Source of the DNA: Octopus sinensis
Lineage: Eukaryota
DNA: 64,000 nucleotides
Direction of reading: 5' to 3'
Assembly: GCF_006345805.1 (NCBI RefSeq)
Contig: NC_043013.1
Location: forward strand, 40,548,001-40,612,000
The notes under the pieces were generated by a model. That model saw nothing but the letters and a program-made list of their open reading frames with translations. It was not told where the DNA came from and searched no databases. Positions 37,315-50,392 of the stretch are shown one piece after another. The stretch's first letter is position 1, and each line of letters starts with the position of its first letter. The translations under genes were made by a program, and so were the position numbers.

Positions 37315-39262
37315 TAACGATAAATAATTAAATTTAGAAAAATTAGAAGAAAAGTTTTTTTAAAAGAATATTCTATAGTAGTGTTCAGATTTAAGTGGCA
37401 TTCTGCCTTTTTCTGACTCCCTTGTTTGCACTTGTGTGTTCGAGGTAGTTGTGAGCTCTTGGTAGGGTAGTAGAGAGAAGGCTGGTGAGGAAAGGGGGGT
37501 GGGAGAATCTGGGAGTGCTCTGATGGTCGTATTTTGAATGGTCAGTGGCGGCTGGAAGTCTCAGTTCAATTCAGGAGAATATTTATATTGACAGGCTTCT
37601 TATAGAATTGCGTAGTGTTATACTAAAAAACATTAGTGACAATTAAGGGGTAGGGGGTGGAGAAGAAAAGAAGAAGAAGAAGAAGAAGAGAAGGAGATAA
37701 AGGAGAAGATGACGATGATGGTGATGGTGGTGATGATTTGACGACGATGATGATGATAACGATGATGATGAAGAAGAAGAAGAAGAAGAAGGAGAAGGAG
37801 AAGGAGAAGATGCGATGATGGTGATGGTGGTGATGATTATGACGACGATGATGATGATAACGATGATGATGAAGAAGAAGAAGAAGAAGAAGGAGGAGAA
37901 GGAGAAGATGGTGGTGATGATGGTGGCGATGATGATGATGCCGATGATGATGATAACGATGATGATGAAGAAGAAGAGGAAGAAGAAGAAGAAAAAACAA
38001 GAGAAGGGAGAATATGAATGTAAATATAGCTATGAAGGGGCTGATTAGTAATGGATTCTATTGAGTGTAGTATTTTGTGTGTATTATATTTTTTTCTTTT
38101 ATTCTAAAGTTGAGGTATATTAATTGTTTGTCGTAGACCCGTTAAGAAGTGGCTTGTATTTTGTAATAAAGAGATTTTCTTTACTTATTCGTTGTCTCGA
38201 GGTTGTATCGTCCCTAAATTGGTAGAGGGGGAAAATTCTGAAGTTTGGTGTTTTTTTGTTGGCGCAAGTATCTATGTGTTGGCTAAAAGCTATTTTCTGT
38301 TTTGGGGAATTTTTATCTGGGATCTGTGCAGGGCCATTCGTTTACGCAAACCATTTTTTGTTTGGCCTATGTACTGCTCTGCTGACACCCGGAGCAGGTT
38401 AGTGAGTATATTAGGTTCTCCGAAGCACATGTGAAGTTGCTTTTCACTGTAAAACGTTGTTCCCTTTTTGAAGGAGAACTCAGAACCCTCGATTAGATAG
38501 TCGCATATCCCGCAATTGGGTCTTCCGGGTCTACGACAAACAATTAATATACCTCAACTTTAGAATAAAAGAAAAAAATATATACACACACAAATACTAC
38601 ACTCAATAGAATCCATTACTAATCAGCCCCTTCATAGCTATATTTACATTCATATTCTCCCTTCTCTGTTTTTTCTTCTTCTTCTTCTTCCTCTCTTCTT
38701 CATCATCATCGTTATCATCATCATCGGCATCATCATCATCGCCACCATCATCACCACCATCTTCTCCTTCTCCTCCTTCTTCTTCTTCTTCTTCTTCATC
38801 ATCATCGTTATCATCATCATCGTCGTCATAATCATCACCACCATCACCATCATCGTCATCTTCTCCTTCTCCTTCTCCTTCTTCTTCTTCTTCTTCTCTT
38901 CTTCTTCTTCTCCACCCCTACCCCTTAAGTTTGTCACTAATGTTTTTTAGTATAACACCTACGCTAATTCTATAAAGAGCCTGTCAATATAAATATTCTC
39001 CTGAATTGAACTGAGACTGCCAGCCGCCACTGACCATTCAAAATACGACCATCAGGGCACTCCCAGATTCTCCCACCCCCCTTTCCTCACCAGCCTTCTC
39101 TCTACTACCCTACCAAGAGCTCACAACTACCTCGAACACACAAGTGCAAACAAGGGAGTCAGAGAAAGGCAGAATGCCACTTAAATCTGAACACTACTAT
39201 AGAAATATTCTTTTAAAAAAACTTTTCTTCTAATTTTTCTAAATTTAATTATTTAATCGTTA

Positions 39263-39299
39263 CAGTTGAAAAGGTCTCAAATGACCGAAACCGGTACTG
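39263..39299 (+). ncRNA. Minimal hammerhead motif with U3-A8 core (inverted arm copy)
   Basis: CAG-TTGAAAA-GGTC-tcaaat-GACC-GAAA-CCGG-TA-CTG. Confidence 0.65.
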
Positions 39300-39409
39300 A
39301 ATGTTCACTATAAAATTATTTTAGCATTTTCTATTTTTTACTTGTTTTTTCATATATATCAACTCGTGTTTCCTTTTTCACCCTTATACATATGTATATA
39401 TATATATAT

Positions 39410-39454
<45 letters not shown>

Positions 39455-39493
39455 ATATATATATGTATGTATATATATATATATATATGTATG

Positions 39494-39526
<33 letters not shown>

Positions 39527-39722
39527 ATATATATATATATATATATGTATGTACATATATATGTATATATATATGTATATATATGTATATATATATGTAT
39601 ATATATATATACACACACAGACACACAAGGTGGGCTAAATGTGATGGAAAGCCATGACATTTTAATAAACTTTAAAAATAATTTTTTTTATTTAGATGTG
39701 ACTGTTCCTACCTAGCTTACAT

Positions 39723-40110
39723 TTGTGTGGTAAGTAGCTTGCTAACCAACCACATGGTTCCGGGTTCAGTCCCACTGCATGGCATCTTGGGCAAGTGTCT
39801 TCTGCTATAGCCCCGGGCCGACCAATGCCTTGTGAGTGGATTTGGTAGATAGAAACTGAAAGAAGCCTGTCGTATATATGTATATATATCTGTGTATTTG
39901 TGTGTCTGTGTTTGTCCCTCTAGCATTGCTTGACAACCGATGGTGGTGTGTTTACGTCCCCGTCACTTAGCGGTTCGGCAAAAGAGACCGATAGAATAAG
40001 TACTGGGCTTACAAAGAATAAGTCCCGGGGTCGATTTGCTCGACTAAAGGCGGTGCTGCAGCATGGCCGCAGTCAAATGACTGAAACAAGTAAAAGAGTA
40101 AAGAGCAAGA
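39723..40110 (+). mobile_element. SINE family B
   Basis: Close to family consensus. Confidence 0.92.
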
Positions 40111-40160
40111 GTATATATATATATATATTATATATATATATATAATACTGGGGTATTGTA

Positions 40161-40989
40161 TTGGGTTGAGGAATAATTCATGAGCGTTTTTCTCAAATTC
40201 GAAAATGCACGCAGAAATGAATCGCTTTGTCGAAATGTCTTGTTATTTAAAAGAGAGTTTTTTGCTTTACAAGATAGAAATGTTTTGATTATTTAATTTT
40301 ATTGATTTTTGTGTATTTTCAATATCCTTAAAATGCAATGTCAAGTGGACAAAACTGAGCATTTTCGACGCCATTTGCTTTTTGCATTTAAACGAGGTGT
40401 TAAGCCCTCCGAAGCTGCTCGTGGAGATTCGTGCTGTGTATGGAGAAGGAGCAATGCCTCAAAGTATCGCCCGCCGTTGGTTTTTGCGCTTCAAAAATGG
40501 GAATTTTGACCTCAAGGACGGATCACACATCGGTCGACCAACTGTTTTCGATGAAGAGCGATTAAATTAACTTCTTCACAAAAATTCACGTCAAACGACC
40601 AGAGAATTGGTGGAGCCAAGGTTCACATCACAAATACGACAAAAGCCGCGATTCAAGAGCTCGAATGGGAAGTGGTGCTCATCCTCCAGACTCTCCAGAC
40701 TCTCCAGGCGTGGGGCCGTCAGATTTTCATCTCTTTCGACTGCTTTCGAACGCTCTGCGCGGGGAAGCGTTCAACAATGACGTGGAATTGAGAGCCTGGT
40801 TGGACGAATTTTTTGACTCAAGACGGGAGATTTCTGTCGTTGAAGCATCGAAAAACTTATTGAACAATAGGAGAAAGTCGTAAACAGCAACGAAAAGTAT
40901 ATTAGTGATTAATCTGTTGTAGTTTTTGTTGTTTGTTTAAAGTAATTTAAAAAAAAAAATGAACGCTCATAAATTATTCCTCAACCCAA
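40161..40989 (+). mobile_element. Internally deleted mariner transposon with intact TIRs and TA TSD
   Basis: TIRs ttgggttgaggaataattcatgagcgtt / aacgctcataaattattcctcaacccaa with TA on each side. HTH region (VYGEGA..RRWFLRFKNGNFDLKD...GRP) is joined to the C-terminus (WEVVLHPPDSPD..PSDFHLFR). Confidence 0.93.
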
Positions 40990-42542
40990 TAAATTTAAAA
41001 CAAAAGATAAAGAACTTATTGAATATTGAAACACCTTCGTGACTTTTGTCCGTGTATGCACGCTTTTTTGTTTGTTCTCACCTTATTGCTAGACTAGTGA
41101 TGATTTGATGACACCCATAATTTAGCAGTTTGTATTGTCCCCTCTATGTGGCCCCTAGTGGATAATAAAGAAATACCCATAATTTAGCAGTTCAGCAAAA
41201 TAAAGTGATAGAACAAGAACCAGATTTTAAAAAAAAAGCTACTAGCGTGTATTACGGCTAATCACTTCGAGAGAGTGCTCCAGCATGACCATAGTACAAC
41301 AGCTGAAATGAGAGAGAGAGAGAGAAAAAAAAGGGTTGCTGGCAGCCCGGGCAAGCTGAACTTCAGCGTGTACAAGCTGACGGTCGTGGAAATTTCCTTG
41401 TCTTCGTCACGCCCTCCTTGGCGCCTCCTAGCACATGGTGACTCGGGCGACTGCCCGAGTAGCCGGTACCTTGAGCCGGCCCTATAAAGGAATATTTTAA
41501 TACCATTTAACCAGCTGTTGGCTAAAATTTTTCGAGGTCTATCACCGAGTACGTTGGAACATTGAAATGCAAGTAAGGCGTTAGTTATTTACTTGAGTTA
41601 GTGTAGACAAAGTAGATTAGAAATATAACAGACGTGTAATATCATATGTGTTGATTACATAATATAGTTAATATTTCTTAACGTTCATTTTATACTATAA
41701 TTAGTGTTTGTCTGAGTAGATTTTTTTCATGTAATTAATATTTTAAAATATTTTTCTGTGTAGAATTGTTTTGTAGTATTTGTTCATTCAGAATGACAAA
41801 AAAAAAAGTATTTAAGTGATTTAATGATGAATTGATACTTATTTTCAGCCAAGTATACACCCATAGAACACACAGACATATATACACACATGCATGTATG
41901 TATATGTCTTTTATATGCCTTACGTGTGTGTGTATATATATATGTGTGTGTGTGTATATATATATGTGTGTGTGTGTATATCTAGCTGCGTGTGTGCATA
42001 TATTTCGGTATGTGTGTATACACATGTATATAAATGTGTGTGTGTGTGTATGTATATATATATATTATATATATATATATACACACACACACATTCTCAC
42101 ATATTTCTACGTGTGTGTGTTTATTAGGCTTTGTTGGTACAATAAAATGCCTGGCGGTGTCCGTGTATAATTTCAACCCGAAATATTGCGAATATCTCTT
42201 GGGATTTTAATTACTGGAATGATATTGAAGAACTTTCAATCTGATATTAAGGCGCGGAACCAATCTATGGTTACGTCGATACATTAATATTATTCAGAAC
42301 CGAATGGATTAAAGCATTAATAGAAAGAAATAAAGTAATGAATATGATATCATGGTTTCGATATAAACAATATCTGATATACTTTTTCTTAAATTTTCTT
42401 TCTTTTTTTTTCCATGCAAAACAAAAGCTGTTATTTGATATTGAACTTTGGGCGTTATCTTTTGAACAGTGAAGTGAAAATAAAATAATGTTAGTTTGTT
42501 GTCCATTCGTATTAACTTTGATTCAATGAATACAGCGCGCTG

Positions 42543-42712
42543 GTCTTCTGAAATTTGGTGGCATCCACCTTGTTAGTCGGAGTGAGTAAAGCAAAGGTAA
42601 GAGGCGTTGTCCCTTTTCTCTTTGCGTGACTAATTGAACGTCAGTTAGGGCATACCTGTCGCTAAGGGGATGCAGTGGACGGCACTGCCCACTCACTATT
42701 CAGTGGTGGACC
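42543..42712. repeat. Second (inverted) copy of the ~170-bp repeat
   Basis: Reverse complement of 36739-36905. Confidence 0.9.
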
Positions 42713-42980
42713 CTCAGATTTACAGTGATATACTTATATCGAAATTCCACTTTAGCATTATTACAAATTAGTGCCCAGCCAGAATATTCTGAAGCACCTC
42801 CAGGCATTGAAGTCTGGCAATAGGCCTGAATTAGGATCAACTACCGAATTAACGAAAATAACAGCTATGGGATCATTTGTCTTGCTAGAAATAACAGACA
42901 AATCTACTTCAAATCGTATCTTTCTATCATGAAAAAGAAAAGGAAGACCATATTGGATAATGTAATCTTAGATAGACTGA

Positions 42981-43287
42981 TAGTGAAGGCGCGTGGCTAA
43001 GTGTTTAGAATATTCGGCTCTAGATCGTGAGTTCGATACCCGGCGGCGTGTTGTGCTCTTTTATTTTATGTTGCTCTAGTTCAGTCACTGGCAAGAGTGG
43101 GTTGTACTTGTATTTCAAAGGGCCAACCTTGTCACATTCTGTGTGTCACACTGAAACTCCCTGAGAACTACGTAAAGGGTGCATGTATCTGTAGAGTGCT
43201 CAGCCACTTCCGCGTTAATTTCACTAGCAGGTTGTTCGGTTGATCAGATCAACTGGAACCCTCGTCGTCGTAACCGACGGACTGCCA
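42981..43287 (+). mobile_element. SINE family D
   Basis: Head tagtgaaggcgcgtggct; tail cgtcgtaaccgacgg; imperfect TSD gatagactg / gatggactg. Confidence 0.88.
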
Positions 43288-44189
43288 GATGGACTGTCTG
43301 AAGGGAGTGATGGTCACGGTTGAAATATCTTTGACCATCGGTCCCATCGATCAGGGATAACAAAACAACAGCGAATATATATCAATTTATGTTTGCATCA
43401 TATTTTAAGATCGGTCTGTGGGGGGCCATCGTCAGGAACTTTGAAACAGGTATCTCGTGGATGAATGACAATTAACCTATCATTTGCGTGGACGTGAACT
43501 TGATTGTAATAGCAGTTAAATCTTCACCACTTTCCTTAAAGAAAAGAGATGTATTTGATATACAATAATATTATCCTAGATGCACCGTGTCTGAAATAAA
43601 AAAAAAAACGAAACATCTTAGCTTGGACTCATTTGATCATAGTTTTGCTCATAGGAGTTAACCTTGGGTTAAACAGTAAAGGCCAATACAAGTTGCTTTC
43701 TACAAATGAATAGACGGTAGTGCAACTCCTGTGTCTATTCATCATAGCACATTCGACTAAAATATCGTTCATCCCTTGTTTTAGTAGACAACATAGCATT
43801 TCTAATCTTCGATATAAATTACCTACGTGTGTGTGTGTCCGACACTTCCATAAAAATGGAATTTGGTGAGCGCAAACACATACATACTGAAATACAACAA
43901 TTTCTTTCGAAATTTTCATTTCATATAAATATCTGATGTGTAACACCCTAGGTTATGTTTGAGCATCGCTTAAGAACCGATCACACCAGGTGACAAACTT
44001 GAACTTCTTTGTTACAGACATGGGAACTACTATTTCCTATTAATCAGCGATACTGAATTTAGTTCTGAAAACCACATTTTAAAGTAAACTCTGCCCTTTT
44101 CTGTTCCTCCTCGGTTACTATTGTATAAGCAAACTATGGTATTTTTGCGTTAGTCATGTTTAAATAATGTTAACATCATGTGCTGCAAA

Positions 44190-45060
44190 TTCTGGATGTT
44201 CCTCATTAATACTGTGCAGCTTTTAGATTCACTCCACAAGAGGCAATATAAAACCTGCATTCTTCGAGAATCATAGTTACAGCTGATATCTTGTATCAGA
44301 TCTTTGATATCACTATAGAGACAAACACCTTTTCTTTATGAGAAAAAGGATGAATACTTCATACGATGATGGTATCATAAAAACAGGAAAAAAAAGAATG
44401 GTGTTTGGTTGAAGAAGATTGCATTCTTGAAGTCTGGAACGAAATAACTCTACCTTTTCTTTTTTTCAATTCCAAATCGTGCACCGAATCATTTAACTCT
44501 ACTTTGCAGATGTGGGAATTTCTGCATCTGGGATATTTATGCTATGTTTCTGTCTCCAGGTCACTAGTCGAATCCCCAGAAGAACTGTTATTTGCCTTGT
44601 TTCATAATTTGGTGCTGGTTTTAAGGCTGGTTGGAAGCTTGGGTTGTTAATCTTTTATTTATCTTTATTTTTGTGAAATCAGCTATATTTGTCATATGAA
44701 AATAACAATTATCATAATCATTTGGTGGGCCACACGAAATCATGAGGTCTGCGTATAGCATAGCTTTACTTTTACAATTCATCCAAGCCGTAGTTCATTC
44801 AATGCATTGCATCCAACAAATATATGGTGTCCAGTTTCCGTCGTGCTGCTACTTTACAACCAAAATAGTACTTGAAGACAAAGGTCATCTGTGACGATGT
44901 AGCTACGTTGTTCGCTGTTATGAGGGTATATATATTGTCCACAAATATAACCCATTTTTTTCTGGATAGTTCTTTTTGTTTCCCCAAGACAAAATCTTTG
45001 TTGCCAAATACAGTTTAATTATAAAGAGATGCTGACCATACATTTTATCAATAAAGTGAT
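44190..45060 (-). mobile_element. Decayed DNA-transposon ORF of the widespread YFGxxxGDQDKxWAPH / CYFC family (superfamily not assigned)
   Basis: Remnants YICGQY, KYYFGCKV...WTPYIC, DNCYFHMTNI, PHLQSRVNDSVHDLELKKEKVELF.SRLQECNLL. Confidence 0.7.
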
Positions 45061-46266
45061 GGGTTTGATTGATATTATTTCTAGCGCTTCTCGGCGCTTT
45101 CATTTTTCTTTCATAATCATTCTATTGATATATAACTGTAAGTTACAGCAACTAATGAATTAAATTTCCACTGGTGAAATCAATTAGATACAACCGTTTA
45201 CAGTTGTACCTTTCCATCGTCTGGCCAAATAGTAATTCCTACACAATTCCTATTAGTTTTCTTTAACAACGATTTTAATTCCACAATAGTTATTTCTTAT
45301 GTTTGAATTAACGGAAATAATGAAACCCATTTTTTCTTATAGTATTGCATTACCAACAAGAGATAGAAAAATAAAATTCAAGAATAATGAGAACTAATGA
45401 CGGTACAAAGTTTGCTGATTCTGGAATACTTCGTTTTTAAACGTTCTCATCCTCAATTTTAGATTAGATATTTCACATCTCATGGATTTAAGTGGAATAT
45501 TTTTTTAATCTTTCAAGATGTGGATACATCCTGCGGTGTCTGCTGTTTTGCTTTGTCCATCAGAGCAATTCTTCCAAGTCCCATAGGAAAACCGTTGATA
45601 TTTATTGAATTAGCCTAGATATTATTTTGGCGTATAATGTACGGATAATTTTCTATCTTCGTATGTAGGATTGGATATTATTTAATTCTTTTTATCTGGA
45701 AAAATATTTGGCAGTAATCTCCGATTCTTGGCTGTTTTCTCGGCACATTTTACATTTCCAGAAGCTACCTTCTTATCTATGTATCTCTTACCTATACGAT
45801 CCACGACCAATCTTCAGTAGGTATATAGCATTATAAATTCAATGTAGCGTGCATACGCACGCGCGCGTGTATGTATGTATGTATGTATGTATGTATGTAT
45901 GTATGTATGTATGTATGTATGTATGTATGTATGTATGTGTTTGTGTGCGTTTGGGTAAATATATAAACCTATCTATTTTATTATCTCTCTTTCTTTCTCA
46001 ATCGCACCTTTCTTACACGATCCCTCTCCCTCTCTCACTACCCTCACTCTCTCTTTCTCTCCACACATACATAAATAAGTGTATGAACGAAAGATAAGAG
46101 CACTCAGCACGTAATGGATTTTAAATATTTCTGTTTAGTTCATTGACTCACAATCTTATTACTTAAAGTTTCACAGACGCAAAATTCACGTTCCTATTGA
46201 GCGCCCGAATGATCAGAATATCTGTACTCTTTAGATCTGTGAAACTTTATATAGTTCAGTTCTGAG

Positions 46267-46360
<94 letters not shown>

Positions 46361-46561
46361 TTTTCTTCTCTTACTAGGATCAGTCCCAATTTATAAAGAA
46401 ATTAGCCCCTTTGTTCCCTTAAATTGGTTGAAGGGTTTCAACTTCTCATAGAAGATTAAGTGAAATAATTACAACTGGGAAAATAATACAGACTTCACTT
46501 AATGAGAGCTTACCTCTAGTCCGCAGCATGTTTAGAAGTGTAAATTGACATTCAATTATTC

Positions 46562-46774
46562 TTTTACTTGTTTCGGTCATTTGCCTGCGGCCATGCTGGA
46601 GCACCACCTTAAAGGGATTTTTAGTCGAAGAAATCGACTCCAGGACTTATTCTTTGCCAGCCTAGTATTTATTCTACTGGTATCTTTTGTCGAGCTACTA
46701 AGTTAAAGGGAGATAAACAAACCAGCATTGGTTGTCAAACGATGGCGAGGGATAAGCACAAACACAAAGACACA

Positions 46775-46810
<36 letters not shown>

Positions 46811-46940
46811 TCACAAAGCTTTGGTCGGCCACAGACTATAGTAGAAGACAGTTGCTCAAGGTGCCACGCAGTGGGACTGAACCCGGAACCATGTAGTTTG
46901 GAAGCAAGCTTCTTACCACACAGCCACACAGCCATGTCTG
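46562..46940 (-). mobile_element. SINE family B
   Basis: Reverse-complement family B motifs with internal (CA)n. Confidence 0.88.
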
Positions 46941-46977
46941 CCGCTATATATATATATGTATATAAATATATATGTAC

Positions 46978-47020
<43 letters not shown>

Positions 47021-47562
47021 GTGTGTGTGTGTGTGTGTGTGCGTGTGTGTGTGTGTATACACACATATATGTATGCATACATATATACATGCACACATGG
47101 TATTGACGAGCAGTGATTATGAGTTCACTCAGCACTGCATTGGTGGATGAAGATTTTCCTACTACCTTCACTTTCATTTGTTATATTTCGCAATTTTCAA
47201 GTATTGCACTTAGAAATTATGGTTATTCGTCTCCGTTGAGGATTTGCCTACTTAAGATTACTCACGCAGCGGACCCTAAAATGGAGATGGATTACCATTA
47301 TTTTAAGTGGAACACTTAAAAATTGCAATATATAACATATGAAACGTCATATATGTGTGTGTGTGTGTGTGCGCATGTGTAAAAGTGCTCCTTTAAAGCA
47401 AGTCTCACGAACTGCCACTCTAATGACTAAAATCAAAATATTACGTAAATTTTCGCCATGAACTTTTGCGTAAACTAGCGTTGAAATCAGAGTTGGTAAA
47501 GAAACAATTGTAACTGATCATTAAAGATATGTTAAAGTCCTTCATTGTCTTCTTATTCGAAT

Positions 47563-47594
<32 letters not shown>

Positions 47595-47729
47595 ACAAGA
47601 ATAATAAGGGTTTATAGGACTGCAAAAGAAGTGCTCAAATATAAATGTTTGAGGGGTGGTGTTGTATGTAAAGTCGTTGACCCAAAATTAATGTTTGTTC
47701 TATAACTAATACTTCTTTATATATATATA

Positions 47730-47770
<41 letters not shown>

Positions 47771-47780
47771 TATTCATTTA

Positions 47781-47815
<35 letters not shown>

Positions 47816-47899
47816 ATCCAAACATGAAAACACAAGAGAAAACACAACAACGCGAGGACGTGGAACAAATATAGTATTATTGGACGGTCAGGAAGGAGG

Positions 47900-47934
47900 G
47901 TTTAACGTTTCGAGCGGAGCTCTTCGTCGGAAAC
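47900..47934 (-). ncRNA. Minimal hammerhead motif (U4C variant)
   Basis: GTTT-CCGACGA-A-GAGC-tcc-GCTC-GAAA-CGTT-AAAC; lies within a ~180-bp segment after (TA)n. Confidence 0.62.
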
Positions 47935-48084
47935 ATAGAATAAGGAAAGATCCAGAGAAGGGAAGACAGAGGAAATGTGTTAATGGTAATCAGGAGAACG
48001 GGGATTTTCCACATCTATAATGTCATTAAACAGTTATTTACAGCATTCTTATAACTGCTCAATAATAAAATTGTAGATGTGGGA

Positions 48085-49540
48085 AATCATCTCCGTTCTC
48101 TTGGTTATTATTAATATTATTACTTGCTCTACGGCAAATATGCACTCCTGAGTAGGACACTCGGATTTACCAAGCGAGAAAAATTACCAGAGTCGATCGA
48201 GCAACTTATTACTAACTCGGGTATCACCAACATTCGCTGTGGTTAGTTAGCATGCAAAACCGATTTAAGAGGAAACGCTGCCGCTGCAGTCATCGGTGTC
48301 AGTCACCACCCCAGTCCCAAACACTGCTCCTTCGGAGTGGCATCTACCCCCACTGCGTACTCGTTGTTAGCCTTCCGTGAGCATCCAGCCTCTCTGCATG
48401 GTTTTGGGCTGTTGAATAATATATTTTTCATGCTGGGCAAACTGAAAGAGACCTTTAAGTTGTGTCTATTAAACAAACGCTCGTATCTATGTGACTGTTT
48501 GAAGTGTTTGTCCACTAATCTAAGGGATATCATTCCCACATAAGTCTTGACGTTGAGTGAGAAGGCTGGTGAAAACCAAACGACTTTATGGTGGGACTTC
48601 CTTCTGTGGCTGTTAGGACCCAGCATATAGGAGATGCCGTCCTTAAACTCACTGGATGCCAAAGCCTCCTTGTAATAGGGGACTGCGGCGTCGAAAATTC
48701 CTTTACTGGTGGACGGATTCGAAATTCTTTTACTGACATCCTTCACTATGTTCTGGAACACGATAGGTGGGTGGAAAGGGACTGTATCAATATAAATAGC
48801 CTTTCGTTTGGTTTGCGGTAGTGCTTCTATGAATAAGTGCCCAGGTCCAGTTTAGTGTGTAAAGAGTTAACAATAGTAAGGTTAATTTCAATGGTAATCT
48901 CGAGTCCAAGGGAGCAAAAGATACAAATTAGGTCCTTTCTAAGTCTACCTAGTATATACCCGCTATCGCCTCAAGAGAGCGTTAAAGCGTCATCTCTTTA
49001 TAGACAAAATGGCCTGACGGGAACCTCTCTGTTAACGTCTTCAGTATATACAATCCTATGACGTTGCAGATATTCGTGCTGTCAAATGCTCTCATCGCCA
49101 CGTCGAAGGAGCACACTTTGTCAGTTTGTTTGACCCAGGCCGAATCTATATAGAACAGCAGCGTTTTCCTAGCATAACTACATCTGTATCCCTATCACCA
49201 ATGTCAGTAAAATTCCTAGTGACTGTAAGTGCCTCAACCAAAAACCATTTCGCTATAGACGGCTACAAACGACTTTATCATATTGTGTATTGGGTGAACC
49301 TTGATTTGCCTCTACACTAGTTAGCTTTAAACAAGAAATAACTTCATTAGTATTATGCCATAAGGAGAGATTGGATATCCTCTTTATGTCATCGTTCATC
49401 TTTCTTAGCATATGTTTGCTCACCGGTCCAACTTCCGATTTAACTGGGATGATCAGGCGGCATTTGAAGTTTAGAGGCAAAATTTGGTTCGTAGTCTTTC
49501 ATGGTGATATACGCATGTGCTTCTTTTGGGATATATGAAC
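48085..49540 (-). mobile_element. Penelope-like retroelement RT, Naiad/Chlamys-like, decayed
   Basis: YITMKD..PNF..CRLIIPVKSEVG, SFDVAMRAFD..ICNVIGLYIL, LYRDDA, HYRKPN..HPP, VWFSPAFSLNVKT, LFNRHNLKVSFS, KRTEMISH. An inverted copy of the 3' end lies at ~47985-48020. Confidence 0.85.
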
Positions 49541-49947
49541 TACTAACCAATATGTGTATGTCCGTGTGCGCGCGCGTATGTAAGGTCATTTCTACGTTTG
49601 AGCGTACACAGCGCCAGCTACATCCACACAAACACACACACATACATGTATATTGATCAAGTTCGTGTACCCTTATTTCTAATCATGTCTTATTTTGGTA
49701 GTAGTTTGGCCCGATCTGATGTTGTAATATAACTTTATCCCCAATAGTAAGAGATGAGAGATGTCGGATATGCTTCAGTTATTCTCATATGCCAGTTGTG
49801 AACAGCTTCTTCCTTTTGTATAAAGTGCTTCCTATTTCCTTTTGTATCATATGAGATTTATATTTTTGCTCGCTAATTTAGTTCAGATACGCACATGCAT
49901 GAAACAGATTTGTGTTTCTTGTTATTAGAAATAATATTAACAGCGTC

Positions 49948-50392
49948 CAAGGCGGCGAGCTGGGCTGGCAGAATCGGTAGTACGCCGAGCAAAATGCTTA
50001 ACGGCATTTCGTCCGTCTTTACGTTCTGAGTTCAAATTCCGCTGAGGTCGACTCTGTCTTTCATCCTTTCAGGGTTGATAAATTAAGTACCAGTTGAGCA
50101 ATGAGGTCGATGTAATCGACTTAATCCCTTTCATCCTTTCAGGGTTGATAAAATAAGTACCAGAAATCGACCGACCCTCTTCTCCAAAATTGCTGGCCTT
50201 GTGCCAAAATTTGAAACCAATACTAATAGCATTCATAAGGTGGTGAGTTAGCAGAATCTCCACTGAGATTGACTTTGCCTTTCATCATTTCGGGGTCGAT
50301 AAATTAAGCACCAATTGAGCGATGGTGTCGATGTAATCGACTAACTCCCTCCGCCGAACTTACTGGCCTTGTACCAAAATGCAAAATCAATA
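49948..50392 (+). mobile_element. Two tandem SINE family A copies, one with an internal duplication
   Basis: aaggcggcgagctggg...; tttcatcctttcagggttgataaa occurs twice. Confidence 0.85.

Larger units (their letters stand above)
37223..39357 (-). mobile_element. 5'-truncated Penelope-like element (Neptune-like GIY-YIG tail) with a long inverted copy of its 3' end
   Basis: Spacer 38141-38525 encodes GRPNCGICDYLIEG...FTCASENLIYSLTCSGC..QYIGQT..RMALHRSQI (frameshifted). Arms 37223-38140 and 38526-39357 are reverse complements; flanked by (TA)n. Confidence 0.88.

Noticed and set aside
43629-43946. 105-aa minus-strand ORF
   Set aside because: No recognisable motif, includes TG-repeat-derived segments, and no convincing exon boundaries.
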